Origin: Rudaea sp.
GTDB taxonomy: Bacteria; Pseudomonadota; Gammaproteobacteria; Xanthomonadales; Rhodanobacteraceae
Direction: 5' to 3'
DNA: 64,000 bases
Assembly (NCBI RefSeq): GCF_047601565.1
Contig: NZ_JASGIY010000001.1
Coordinates: 3,126,999 to 3,190,998 of the forward strand
The position numbers and the translations under genes are program-made. The notes below the pieces were generated by a model, which saw only the letters and a list, made by a program, of their open reading frames with translations, was not told where the DNA came from and made no database searches. Positions 1 through 8,123 of the stretch are shown piece by piece. The first letter of the stretch is position 1; each line of letters opens with the position of its first letter.

Positions 1-490
1 GTTTCGATTCGGGGTTGCGCACCGGATACACCGGCGGCTCGCCACCACTGCGCGCGCCCGTGCCCGTTGCCCTCGGCGTCAAGGCTTCAAGCACAACCCG
101 GTTTTCACTTGCACGGCACAACTCGCGCAAGTCGCCCTCGTCGAAGCGCGCAGGCCGCAAGCCCTTCTCGTCACGCACCTGCGCCAGCTCGCCCGCCTTC
201 GTCTTGATCGTCAGTTTGTCGCCGTCCATGACGAAGTCGAACTCGGATTCAAGCTCACGCTGGAACGCTACCGCCGCGCCCTTGGCTGCCAGCCGCGCCG
301 ACATTTCAGACAGCGGCGTATCCCGCTGCACTCGCTTGTAATCCGCACGCGCCAAATCCCGCTCACCAGTCAGTGCCGTAATCTGCGCCTGCAATTCTTT
401 CGCCGCCGCTTTCGCTTGTTTCAATTCAGCCAATAATTCGGAATTGTGATTGCGCAAGCTCTCAATCTCTTTTTTCGTTTCGTCAGTCAT
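1..490 (-). CDS. Putative capsid scaffolding/coiled-coil phage protein (3' end outside window)
   Basis: Manual translation MTDETKKEIESLRNHNSELLAELKQAKAAAKELQAQITAL..., open to position 1; GAGG RBS overlapping the terL stop; absent from ORF track because it has no stop in the window. Confidence 0.55.
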   Translation of the reverse strand, partial: MTDETKKEIESLRNHNSELLAELKQAKAAAKELQAQITALTGERDLARADYKRVQRDTPLSEMSARLAAKGAAVAFQRELESEFDFVMDGDKLTIKTKAGELAQVRDEKGLRPARFDEGDLRELCRASENRVVLEALTPRATGTGARSGGEPPVYPVRNPESK

Positions 491-498
491 GTTTCGCC

Positions 499-1929
499 TC
501 ATAAACAAATGGAAAAACCAATCACGTTGCCGTCCAGAAATTGTGACGGGTCACGCCTCGACGCCTTGCACAAAACACCTGCAACCGCGTTCGCCAAGTC
601 GTCATGCGAACCGCGCCTGTGGTCGATACTGTCTTTGCCAGCGCGCGCCGTGCGCCGCTCAAGGCCGATTAGTTGCTGCGCCAGCCGGGGGTTATCCAGC
701 AATCGCGCCTTGCCGCTGTTCAGCAGCGGTAGCAGATTCAGATATAGATCACTGCGCACCATGTCGGCGACGGTGTATACAATGTCGCGTTTTGCAAATT
801 GTTCGCGCGGCCACTCGCCCGCATAACGGTCGCCGTACACCACGCGGATGCCGTACCGCTTCAGGTCATGTGCGAATTCGTCGACCACGGCTTCGGGACT
901 GAAGGGCGGCTTCACTTCGCGCACCATGTCCAAGATGATGCGGTCGTCACGCCTGTGCGCAATCGCCATTGTGAAACTATCCGCACTGCCGCCGCTCGGG
1001 TCGACGAAACCAAAATAACGAATACTCGCCTGCGGCTCGCGTTCGTGGATGCCGGTATCGGTGCAGTCCTTGATGACCTCGCGGCGCACGAACTGCTCAA
1101 CATCCGTGCGGAATAGCGCGCCATACTCTGCCGCTGCACTCTGCGGATCTCGTTCAGTGGCATCGTCAATGACCCGCTGCGGGACGGACGGGTTCATGTC
1201 CCGCGTCGCGGACTGCCACACAAGAACCGGCGCGCCGTCCTTGCCGTGGTACTTGTCGTGCGCGTCCCATAAAGTGCCCTTGCGCGCGTAAGGCGAACTG
1301 GCGCATATCAGCATAGCGCCCGGAATCGTCGCCATGCCCGGACGGATCGCGTTCAATATCTCGCTGTCTGGATCGGCCGCGTCGTCGCCCGTCGGCCAGA
1401 ATGCAATTTCGTCGGCCAATACTGCGCCGAAGGTGTAGCCGCGCGTCGCCCGGCTCGATGCCGTTGTGACTTCGATAACCGTGCCGTTCGTGAACTCGAA
1501 ACCTTCGGCAGTCTCGGACTTCACAATGCGTTTCACCATGGGAATGCCCTGCACCATGCCCGTGACGTAACGCATGATCGTGCGCGCCTGCTTTCGATCC
1601 GCAGCAAGTACTGCGATGGTTGCGACCTCGCCTGGTTGCAGATGTTGGCGGTACGTCCTGAAGCAAGCCAGCCAGACAGCGCACAACGCCATTACAAACG
1701 ATTTACCGGCACGCCTGCCGCACACCAACCACGCCTCGCCGAACGCGCTTGTAGGCGCGCTGGTGCGGCCTGTGTGCCGTTGGTAGATCGCCAGCATGTC
1801 GGCGTCCATTGGCAGGCCGAACAATGCGGCAAGGAACGCACGCCACGCCGTCCAGTCGCCGCGCGCAAACCACGGTCCGAACAGTTTCGGATCGGCGATT
1901 GCGTCAAGGATCGAAACGGATCGCTTCAT
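499..1929 (-). CDS. terL: Terminase large subunit
   Basis: Walker A GRRAGKS, Walker B VLADE, C-terminal nuclease motifs FVDPSGG and HDDLANA. Confidence 0.85.
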   Translation of the reverse strand: MKRSVSILDAIADPKLFGPWFARGDWTAWRAFLAALFGLPMDADMLAIYQRHTGRTSAPTSAFGEAWLVCGRRAGKSFVMALCAVWLACFRTYRQHLQPGEVATIAVLAADRKQARTIMRYVTGMVQGIPMVKRIVKSETAEGFEFTNGTVIEVTTASSRATRGYTFGAVLADEIAFWPTGDDAADPDSEILNAIRPGMATIPGAMLICASSPYARKGTLWDAHDKYHGKDGAPVLVWQSATRDMNPSVPQRVIDDATERDPQSAAAEYGALFRTDVEQFVRREVIKDCTDTGIHEREPQASIRYFGFVDPSGGSADSFTMAIAHRRDDRIILDMVREVKPPFSPEAVVDEFAHDLKRYGIRVVYGDRYAGEWPREQFAKRDIVYTVADMVRSDLYLNLLPLLNSGKARLLDNPRLAQQLIGLERRTARAGKDSIDHRRGSHDDLANAVAGVLCKASRRDPSQFLDGNVIGFSICL

Positions 1930-2333
1930 GCCTCGCCGTTCAAGTATTCGTGCAGGCTCGGCGTCACGTCGCGCGGCACACGATCCACGCCCAGCGTTTC
2001 GAGAAAACGGCGCTGCGCGTTTGCCAGTCGCGCGAACAAGTCCAAGTCAGCAGGATCGGGTTCGCCGCCGCGCTCGCGTGTCTGCGTCAAGCGGCCTTCA
2101 ATGGCGAGTAGTTCAACCTCGAACGCAGTGCAGCGTCGGATCAGCAGGCGTTGCGGCTCGCTGGCCCGATCTTCGCCGCCAACGTGATCCGTCAACGCGC
2201 TGGCCGTGTCGCGGTACAGGCGCGCCCACAACGAACGTCCGTCAATGCCCGGCAAAAGTGCGCGGCCATTGGTAAGGCGCGCGCGCGTTGTGGCGGCTTT
2301 CGGCTTGCGATCAGGTTGCGTCATGCCTGCCAT
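1926..2333 (-). CDS. Putative terminase small subunit
   Basis: ~135 aa helical protein (GIDGRSLWARLYRD...) coupled to terL by an ATGA overlap; start codon uncertain. Confidence 0.55.
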   Translation of the reverse strand: MAGMTQPDRKPKAATTRARLTNGRALLPGIDGRSLWARLYRDTASALTDHVGGEDRASEPQRLLIRRCTAFEVELLAIEGRLTQTRERGGEPDPADLDLFARLANAQRRFLETLGVDRVPRDVTPSLHEYLNGEA

Positions 2334-2685
2334 TGTCCCGGACACATACCCGGACATGAAAGTACATTGCGCGGACAAATGTAATGATATCAATGATATT
2401 TGTGATAATAACAGGGGATTGATCGTCCTTTTTGAAAATCGGACGCCAGCGGCACGGCTGTATACTTTTTAGCGTTTTGCGTCTCAAAATGCGTGAGACA
2501 GCAACCCGTATCCAGCTTCACCGAACACAATGCAGGTGAACCGATCAGGTCGGCGTCCGGTTCGCGGCCAGCGTCACCAGCACCAGCCACCAGCCAGAGC
2601 ACGATCAAGAACACCAGCCAGAGCACAGAAGCCAGAGCGCAGAGCAAGATCAAGAGCGCGCTACGCTTGGTATATATAGAAAGGT

Positions 2686-2809
2686 ACACGGTAGGCGTGT
2701 TAATCGAAGGCCGAAAAAGTGGCTGACTGACACGGCAGGCGTGTTAATTCAGGGGGCGAAGTTCGGCAATTAACACGGTAGGCGTGTCAGATTGACACGG
2801 TAGCCGTGT
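2686..2809. repeat. Four 15-bp ACACGGTAGGCGTGT-type repeats (putative iterons/origin)
   Basis: Copies at 2686, 2730, 2773 and 2795; adjacent TATATATAGA and CCAGCCAGAGCAC repeats. Confidence 0.75.
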
Positions 2810-3236
2810 TGGCGTTCGTGTTTTCGGCTGCGGCGATTCGTGACTTCCATGTGCCGCTCGCGACACGAGTAGCGCGCACGTCCAGCTTGCCGTCGCACTC
2901 GTCGATTGGCAGCCACGTCAACGCGAAAAGGCTGCACTTGTGCAGGCCGCCTTGTCGCGTCGGTTCGATCAGGCCGGACTCCAATAGTTCACGTTGCGCG
3001 CGAAAGAGCGTGTCACGCGAGCGCCAACCCAGCGAGCGCATGATTCGCCAAGCGGTAGCCAGGTCGCCGTTATTGTTGCCTCGGTATTGCGAACCCAGGT
3101 CGCACAACAATTTGACAGCGTGCGCAGACAGGCCGCGATAGGACGGCGCGGCCATGACGGCATGTGGCAGCGCGAAGAATCCGCCGCCGTCAGCACGTCC
3201 CTTGTGCTTGCGGCGGTCGCGTTTCTTGAGGCTCAT
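2787..3236 (-). CDS. Helix-turn-helix protein, putative replication initiator
   Basis: GGFFALPHAVM...LSAHAVKLLCDL...NNGDL pattern resembles phage winged-helix Rep N-termini; lies next to the iterons. Confidence 0.55.
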   Translation of the reverse strand: MSLKKRDRRKHKGRADGGGFFALPHAVMAAPSYRGLSAHAVKLLCDLGSQYRGNNNGDLATAWRIMRSLGWRSRDTLFRAQRELLESGLIEPTRQGGLHKCSLFALTWLPIDECDGKLDVRATRVASGTWKSRIAAAENTNANTATVSI

Positions 3237-4237
3237 TCCATGCCCTCCTCGCCGCCGCCGTTGTCGTCCTCGTCTTGGGTGAGCCACCGTTTTAGTTGGT
3301 CGCGCTCGTCCAGTTCGGCGTCAAGTGCTTGGTGAAAGGCGTCCATATTGATATTCGCCTTGATCGCGTCCGTTACCAGCGCGGCCAACAGGTCAGGCGG
3401 CAGTGCTTCGGCCTGTACCGTCTCGCCGTGAAAGTTGCGGCGGTCGGTATCTTTCGGCGGCGCGGTCAACAACCCGTACTCGGCGATGTGTTCCGGCAGT
3501 ACGGCCACGCGGCGAAACTCCACCGAGCCGCCCATGTCCGAGATGAATGCTCGAATGTCCTCGTCCAGTGAGCCGAACACATGCACGCCGCTCGGATCGT
3601 GGTCGCCGACGTGCAGCACCAGCGCGTTGCCCCATGACGAGAATTTCTCCGCCATGTTGTGCTTGACGGTCACGGAGTCGAAACCGCCGCTCGAATAGAC
3701 GGGGATCGAATACTGGTTGCCGACACGCTCAAGTTGCGGTGCCATGCCTTGCGCTTCGCACCACAAGACAACGCGGCGCGGCTGTCCGCGTTGTCTGTCG
3801 ATCCGGTATTTGCTGGCTGTGTGGATGATCGCTCTACGCGCCTCGTCCACATTGTTCCAACCAACATCATCGGCGACATGAAAGCCGTCGTCGCGGATTG
3901 AAGAAAACGGGATCATTCGTGCGCGGCGAGCACGATTCAGCGTCTCCAGCAAACGATCATAGGCGGCCTCGGTTTTCTCGTAGTCGATTGTTCCGACAAG
4001 CCGGTAAAAAATCTGCCGGGCGGTCAACGGCAGAAAACGTTTGTACTCGATCAGTACGGCTCCGATGCGCTCGACAAGTTCACGGCTTGCCGCTTGTGGA
4101 CGCCAGTCGATAAAACCGCGCGGCCTGCCGTGAATTGCTTTGGGGAGTGCTGTATACTTGTTCGCGCCAGTGTTGAAGTTTGCGGCCTCGGCGTTCGCAG
4201 CGTCGGGGCCGTGCTGTTTCTGGGGATTAGCTGCCAT
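3233..4237 (-). CDS. Spo11/topoisomerase VI-A-like winged-helix plus Toprim protein
   Basis: LTARQIFYRL (TxRxxxY motif), VVLWCE, SSGGF and HVGDHDPSG (Toprim E and DxD). Confidence 0.7.
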   Translation of the reverse strand: MAANPQKQHGPDAANAEAANFNTGANKYTALPKAIHGRPRGFIDWRPQAASRELVERIGAVLIEYKRFLPLTARQIFYRLVGTIDYEKTEAAYDRLLETLNRARRARMIPFSSIRDDGFHVADDVGWNNVDEARRAIIHTASKYRIDRQRGQPRRVVLWCEAQGMAPQLERVGNQYSIPVYSSGGFDSVTVKHNMAEKFSSWGNALVLHVGDHDPSGVHVFGSLDEDIRAFISDMGGSVEFRRVAVLPEHIAEYGLLTAPPKDTDRRNFHGETVQAEALPPDLLAALVTDAIKANINMDAFHQALDAELDERDQLKRWLTQDEDDNGGGEEGME

Positions 4238-4487
4238 CCGCTGCGCCCTCCGTGGCCTTGCTCTCTGTAATCAATGCCGCGGCAAGAGTCAGCGCAAGCC
4301 GTGCGACGCCGTTCAAGCGCGACGCCAGCAATTCCAGCTTGTCCGGCGACGGACGCGAAGCCGCCTCCCAAATCATTCCGGCGACGTGATCGGGCAAATC
4401 TGCGAGTTGGCGGCGCAAAACTTCGAGATCGGGCGCGCAGGGTGCGTGCGTGCCGTACACGCGGCGCATGTGGTCGGCGGCGATCAT
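4227..4487 (-). CDS. Hypothetical protein
   Basis: Overlaps both neighbouring genes in an operon-like arrangement. Confidence 0.5.
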   Translation of the reverse strand: MIAADHMRRVYGTHAPCAPDLEVLRRQLADLPDHVAGMIWEAASRPSPDKLELLASRLNGVARLALTLAAALITESKATEGAADGS

Positions 4488-4699
4488 GCGGCCACCTCGC
4501 GCTGCGAATCGATCCACGCGATAACGTCGGCGCGACGGTACAGGATGCGACCGTGCATGCGGATCGCGGGCGGTGCCGTGCGCTTCCAGCGCCAGCGGCG
4601 GATCGTGCGGGTAGTGACGCCGAGTTCAGCGGCGAGTGCGGCTATCGTGAGATAGTCGGCGAGGATCGGCGTAGCCGATGCGGTGACAGGTTGTGACAT
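4484..4699 (-). CDS. AlpA/excisionase-type HTH protein
   Basis: YLTIAALAAELGVTTRTIRRWR...GRILYRRADVIAWI. Confidence 0.8.
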   Translation of the reverse strand: MSQPVTASATPILADYLTIAALAAELGVTTRTIRRWRWKRTAPPAIRMHGRILYRRADVIAWIDSQREVAA

Positions 4700-4777
4700 T
4701 GTGTGTGCTCCGGTGTAGTACCGGATACGCACACTATGCGCATGGGTTGCCCGTGCCGAGATAGCCTGCGCGCAGCG

Positions 4778-4803
4778 CCTAGACGCTGCGCGCAGCGTCT
4801 AGG
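4778..4803. promoter_or_regulatory. Perfect 26-bp palindrome upstream of alpA/xis
   Basis: CCTAGACGCTGCG-CGCAGCGTCTAGG, with a partial tandem copy at 4766-4782. Confidence 0.5.
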
Positions 4804-5302
4804 CTCCGCGTAGCCATTTGCGGACTGTGCTGAAAGGTCGGTTGACGCGCAGCCCGATCATTTCCGCCGCATTGTCCTTATTCTTGAACTTCGCGCGCTC
4901 GGCTTTGTAGATGCGCAACACGTCGGCTTTGTCCGCTTTATCGGCGGTATGTGATGCGTGAGCGGCATACTTCACTACTTCACTCAACATCTTTTCTGCG
5001 CGCCCAAGCGCGGCGACGTACATCCCTGCGTACAGCACGCACTCGATGGCCGTGTCGTCATTGCCGGCAAGCCAATACTTACGCGCGGAGTCAAGCAAGC
5101 GAAGCGCGCAGCTCGCAACCTCTTTTTGCTCATCAAATGCTACGCCTCGTTTTGTCGCTTTGCCGTCTATCTCACCCACAAGTGTTTCCGACAAACGTAT
5201 GGATAGGGTTTGCAAATGGGCTTTGTCCCATTGCGCCCATGTGCGCGTGCCGGACGCGCCCGAAGGCGCGCCCTTGCTCTTGGTCGTCCGCTTTGTTGCC
5301 AT
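4799..5302 (-). CDS. Hypothetical protein with possible C-terminal HTH
   Basis: 167 aa; C-terminus NAAEMIGLRVNRPFSTVRKWL. Confidence 0.55.
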   Translation of the reverse strand: MATKRTTKSKGAPSGASGTRTWAQWDKAHLQTLSIRLSETLVGEIDGKATKRGVAFDEQKEVASCALRLLDSARKYWLAGNDDTAIECVLYAGMYVAALGRAEKMLSEVVKYAAHASHTADKADKADVLRIYKAERAKFKNKDNAAEMIGLRVNRPFSTVRKWLRGA

Positions 5303-5307
5303 GCGAG

Positions 5308-5559
5308 TTACGCCTGCTCGCGGAAACGAATCAAGTCTGTCGCCTCGAACCCGAATCGTTTAGCGAGGCTTGAACAACGCTCGTTGTCCGTCTCGCTTCC
5401 TATGACAAGGTAGGTTGGGCCGTCTGCGCGCTGCTCGAATCCGCCGGTCTGCGGCCAATTCGCGCCCGTCAGCCGCTTATCGTCGGGTCGGCAAATGAAC
5501 ACTCTGCGATCAGAAAAATCGCCGTCAAACGGCGCGGTGTTACTCTCTTTCGTAGCCAT
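5308..5559 (-). CDS. Hypothetical protein
   Basis: 83 aa with a GAGG RBS, preceded by a 13-bp-stem hairpin at 5588-5620. Confidence 0.5.
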   Translation of the reverse strand: MATKESNTAPFDGDFSDRRVFICRPDDKRLTGANWPQTGGFEQRADGPTYLVIGSETDNERCSSLAKRFGFEATDLIRFREQA

Positions 5560-5645
5560 GATGAAGTCCTCTTCTTCGTTGTGGTGAGGCTCGCCAGCAT
5601 GTAGGAGATGCTGGCGAGCCGCTTACCGGCACATGCCGGATTCGG

Positions 5646-6956
5646 TTACGCCTTGCGCTTGATCGGTGTCACGCTGGCGTCGGTGCCGGTGACGAGCCGG
5701 TGCAGTGCTTCGAGTGCCGCGCGTTTTTCGTCAAGATAGTCGTGCTTGTCATAGTGCCGCACCTGCACGCCGCCCAGTCCGTGCGATTGCAGTTGCCCGC
5801 GTATCTCGCGCGAAACACCAAGCGCGGCGAGCCGAGTTTCTACCGTGCGCCTCAAGTCGCCGATGGTGAACCTGCTTTCGATCTCGCCCGCATCCTGCAT
5901 CGCGGTCACAACCGGACACAGACGGTTGTGTAGCACGTCATAGCCCGCAGGCGTCTTGCCGCCGTCGATACTGAAAAGGTAGTCGCCTTTACCGCGCAGC
6001 GTCTCTAGCGCGTCCTGCGCGGATTCGATCAGCGGCACGATATGGATGCGCGGCTTCTCGCGCTTGCCCTTCGGATCGCGCAGGCGGATCGCCTTCGCGT
6101 CGCGGTCATAGTCGGCGACGGTGACGCGCGCCAGTTGCTGCACGCGCTGCCCGCCGGTCAGAAGGTGAAGCCGCAGCAGCGCACCGTCCGCGCCGTTCAT
6201 GGCCTCGATGCGACGCCAGTAGCTGCGAAGCTCGGCAATGGATAACGCGCGCTCTCGCGTTCCGCCAGTACCGCCGTCAACGGTCGGCAGTTCGGCCATT
6301 GGATTCGATCGCAAACCTAGAACGCGCAAAGACTGCGGCGCGCTCGCGTCCAGTCTCGCACGCACGGCGGCGCTGTATGCGGCCCGCAGGTAGCTTCGCA
6401 GCTTGCCCGCGCTGCGCGCCTTGCCAGCCTGCACCAGCGGCGCAAGGATCGTCACGCCGTCGTCGGGCTGGATATCTGCGGCAGGTGTCGCCCATAGCTC
6501 CGCGTGCGCGCGCATTACGTGATTCTCTGCCACGTCGCGGACGTTGCCCGCAGACACCTTGCCTTGCGCTTCAAGATGATCGGCGTAGGCCAGCAGTAGT
6601 GCACCAAGCGTTTGCGTCGCGACTTTCTGCGCGCGCTGCGCGCGCTCGACCTTCTCTTCGCGCTTGCGCTCCTTGTCGGCAAGCGGGTCGCCACCTAGTG
6701 CGACCTCGGCTTTGAGCTTGTGCGCCCGCTCGCGCGCTGCGGTGATCGAAAGGCCCGGATGCGGCCCGACGGTGATACGCCGCTCCTTGCCGTCGACGAA
6801 GTAATTGATGACGAAAGCCGCAGCGCCGTTCGGCGTCACGCGCAAGCCGAAACCCTTCGGTGCCTTCGCGTGGTCGTCGTAGAAGATGACGTTGCGGTCG
6901 GTGCCCTCGATGATCTTCGCGCGGATGAACGACTCTGTAATTGTATACTTTGCCAT
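5646..6956 (-). CDS. int: Tyrosine integrase with arm-binding domain (P4-like)
   Basis: N-terminal GFGLRV...FVINY arm domain; catalytic GQR, K, DLRRT, HGL and Y (RHYDKHDY). Confidence 0.93.
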   Translation of the reverse strand: MAKYTITESFIRAKIIEGTDRNVIFYDDHAKAPKGFGLRVTPNGAAAFVINYFVDGKERRITVGPHPGLSITAARERAHKLKAEVALGGDPLADKERKREEKVERAQRAQKVATQTLGALLLAYADHLEAQGKVSAGNVRDVAENHVMRAHAELWATPAADIQPDDGVTILAPLVQAGKARSAGKLRSYLRAAYSAAVRARLDASAPQSLRVLGLRSNPMAELPTVDGGTGGTRERALSIAELRSYWRRIEAMNGADGALLRLHLLTGGQRVQQLARVTVADYDRDAKAIRLRDPKGKREKPRIHIVPLIESAQDALETLRGKGDYLFSIDGGKTPAGYDVLHNRLCPVVTAMQDAGEIESRFTIGDLRRTVETRLAALGVSREIRGQLQSHGLGGVQVRHYDKHDYLDEKRAALEALHRLVTGTDASVTPIKRKA

Positions 6957-7081
6957 GTCGCAAGCCCTCGGTTTGAGTCCCGAACCCGGACACGACACGA
7001 ACATGAATCGGCAGGTGATAATCTATCCCTTGCCCGAATCGGCGTGAAAATTTCGCCTCTCGCCGATTAGTCACCTGTTTC

Positions 7082-7148
7082 TGTGTCCGGGTCTGTGTCC
7101 GGGAAATTGTGCGTAATCTGTGTCCGGCATTGTCCGCGCCGTGTCCGG
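7082..7148. repeat. TGTCCGG repeat cluster, probable integrase arm-type sites
   Basis: Copies at 7082, 7094, 7119, 7131 (partial) and 7141; inverted copy at 6986; between int and att. Confidence 0.65.
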
Positions 7149-7230
7149 GATTGTCAACACAAACACCAGATGAAATGCGGACTCTGGCGACATAATTAAG
7201 AAAATACAAGGGATTACGAACTATGAAAAA

Positions 7231-7280
7231 GGTGACTGTTAATCACTTGGTCGGCGGTTCGAGCCCGTCTCGGGGAGCCA
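7231..7280 (+). other. att site: 3' part of tRNA-Asn(GTT), not a full tRNA
   Basis: GGTGA-CTGTTAA-TCACT anticodon arm, T-arm GGTTCGAG and CCA end; acceptor 5' strand and D-arm are absent upstream. Confidence 0.85.
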
Positions 7281-7288
7281 TATGAATC

Positions 7289-7323
7289 AAAGGGCCGTAG
7301 GGGTTTCCTCTACGGCCCTTTTG
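7289..7323 (+). terminator. Rho-independent terminator of the original tRNA-Asn locus
   Basis: AAAGGGCCGTAG/CTACGGCCCTTT stem followed by a T run. Confidence 0.8.
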
Positions 7324-7390
7324 TCATTTTATTGGCGTGATCGTCGAGATAGGCTGCTGAAAAGGCCATTTTGCAACTTGAGAGTAAAGC

Positions 7391-7756
7391 ATGATTCTTG
7401 GACTTCGTACTGCCATCTACCCCGTCAACGACATCGCGGCCGCCAAAGCTTGGTACTCGCAGGCTCTTGGGCTTGCCCCGTACTTCGACGAGCCGTTTTA
7501 CGTTGGCTTCAACGTTGGCGGTTTCGAGCTTGGTTTAATTCCTGACGGACAATCAGGCGTCTCTGGCCCTCAGCCTTTGTGGGGCGTGGCTGACGCATCG
7601 CAAGCATTTACTCGTCTGGTTGAGCTCGGCGCAACGCCGCTGGATGCGGTCACGGACGTTGGCGGTGGCATCAAGACTGGCTCGGTTACTGATCCATTTG
7701 GCAATCGGTTTGGCATCATCGAGAATCCACACTTTGACGTGACCGGCATCCGGTGA
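7391..7756 (+). CDS. VOC/glyoxalase-bleomycin resistance family protein
   Basis: IYPVNDIAAAKAWYSQALG...DPFGNRFGII. Confidence 0.85.
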   Translation: MILGLRTAIYPVNDIAAAKAWYSQALGLAPYFDEPFYVGFNVGGFELGLIPDGQSGVSGPQPLWGVADASQAFTRLVELGATPLDAVTDVGGGIKTGSVTDPFGNRFGIIENPHFDVTGIR

Positions 7757-7774
7757 CGCAGCCTAGCAATTCCG

Positions 7775-8123
7775 TAAGGAGCTTCCCGTCAAACCCCAAG
7801 GTAAATGCCGTCCTCGCCTCGAGCTTTCGGCTTCGCTCTGTCTGATTCTTACTGCGTACTGCTTGGTTGCTTCGCCGGTGCTTTCGGTGTTTCAAGCATT
7901 GCCAGACTGCATTTCCGTAATCGGTCTTGTGGGATCGATGTTGCCGATCCGGACCAGGGTAAAAACCGCACCCGCGGGCCTCTCTCATTCACCGGGTTCG
8001 TCCATGCCGGGAGGATCAGTCCCCGCATGTGCTGACGCCACCTAGTTAGTCAGGCTCTCCGCAGGGCGGTCTGACCGCTCGTTACCGCTTCGCTCCGGCG
8101 AGGGAACTCGAATTTCGTTTGTT
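7775..8123 (-). ncRNA. Candidate IS1111-type non-coding region (possible bridge/seek RNA)
   Basis: ~350 nt without a credible ORF directly downstream of an IS110-family transposase C-terminus. Confidence 0.35.

Larger units (their letters stand above)
1..7280 (-). mobile_element. Integrated phage satellite/prophage-like element 1 (left end outside window), att at tRNA-Asn 3' duplication
   Basis: Co-oriented minus-strand int, alpA/xis, Toprim, HTH, terS, terL and scaffold-like genes ending at a 3' tRNA-Asn fragment. Confidence 0.85.

Noticed and set aside
2390-2689. 99-aa membrane protein ORF
   Set aside because: Its hydrophobicity comes from the reverse strand of origin-associated repeats; no clear RBS; not supported
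2686-2809. Mini-CRISPR array
   Set aside because: Repeats are only 15-20 bp, spacing is irregular (44/43/22) and no cas genes are present; iterons fit better
7231-7280. Functional tRNA-Asn gene
   Set aside because: The 5' acceptor strand and D-arm are missing; it is an att duplication
7330-8120. Integron
   Set aside because: No intI, no attI and no complete attC can be seen; kept only as a weak cassette hypothesis
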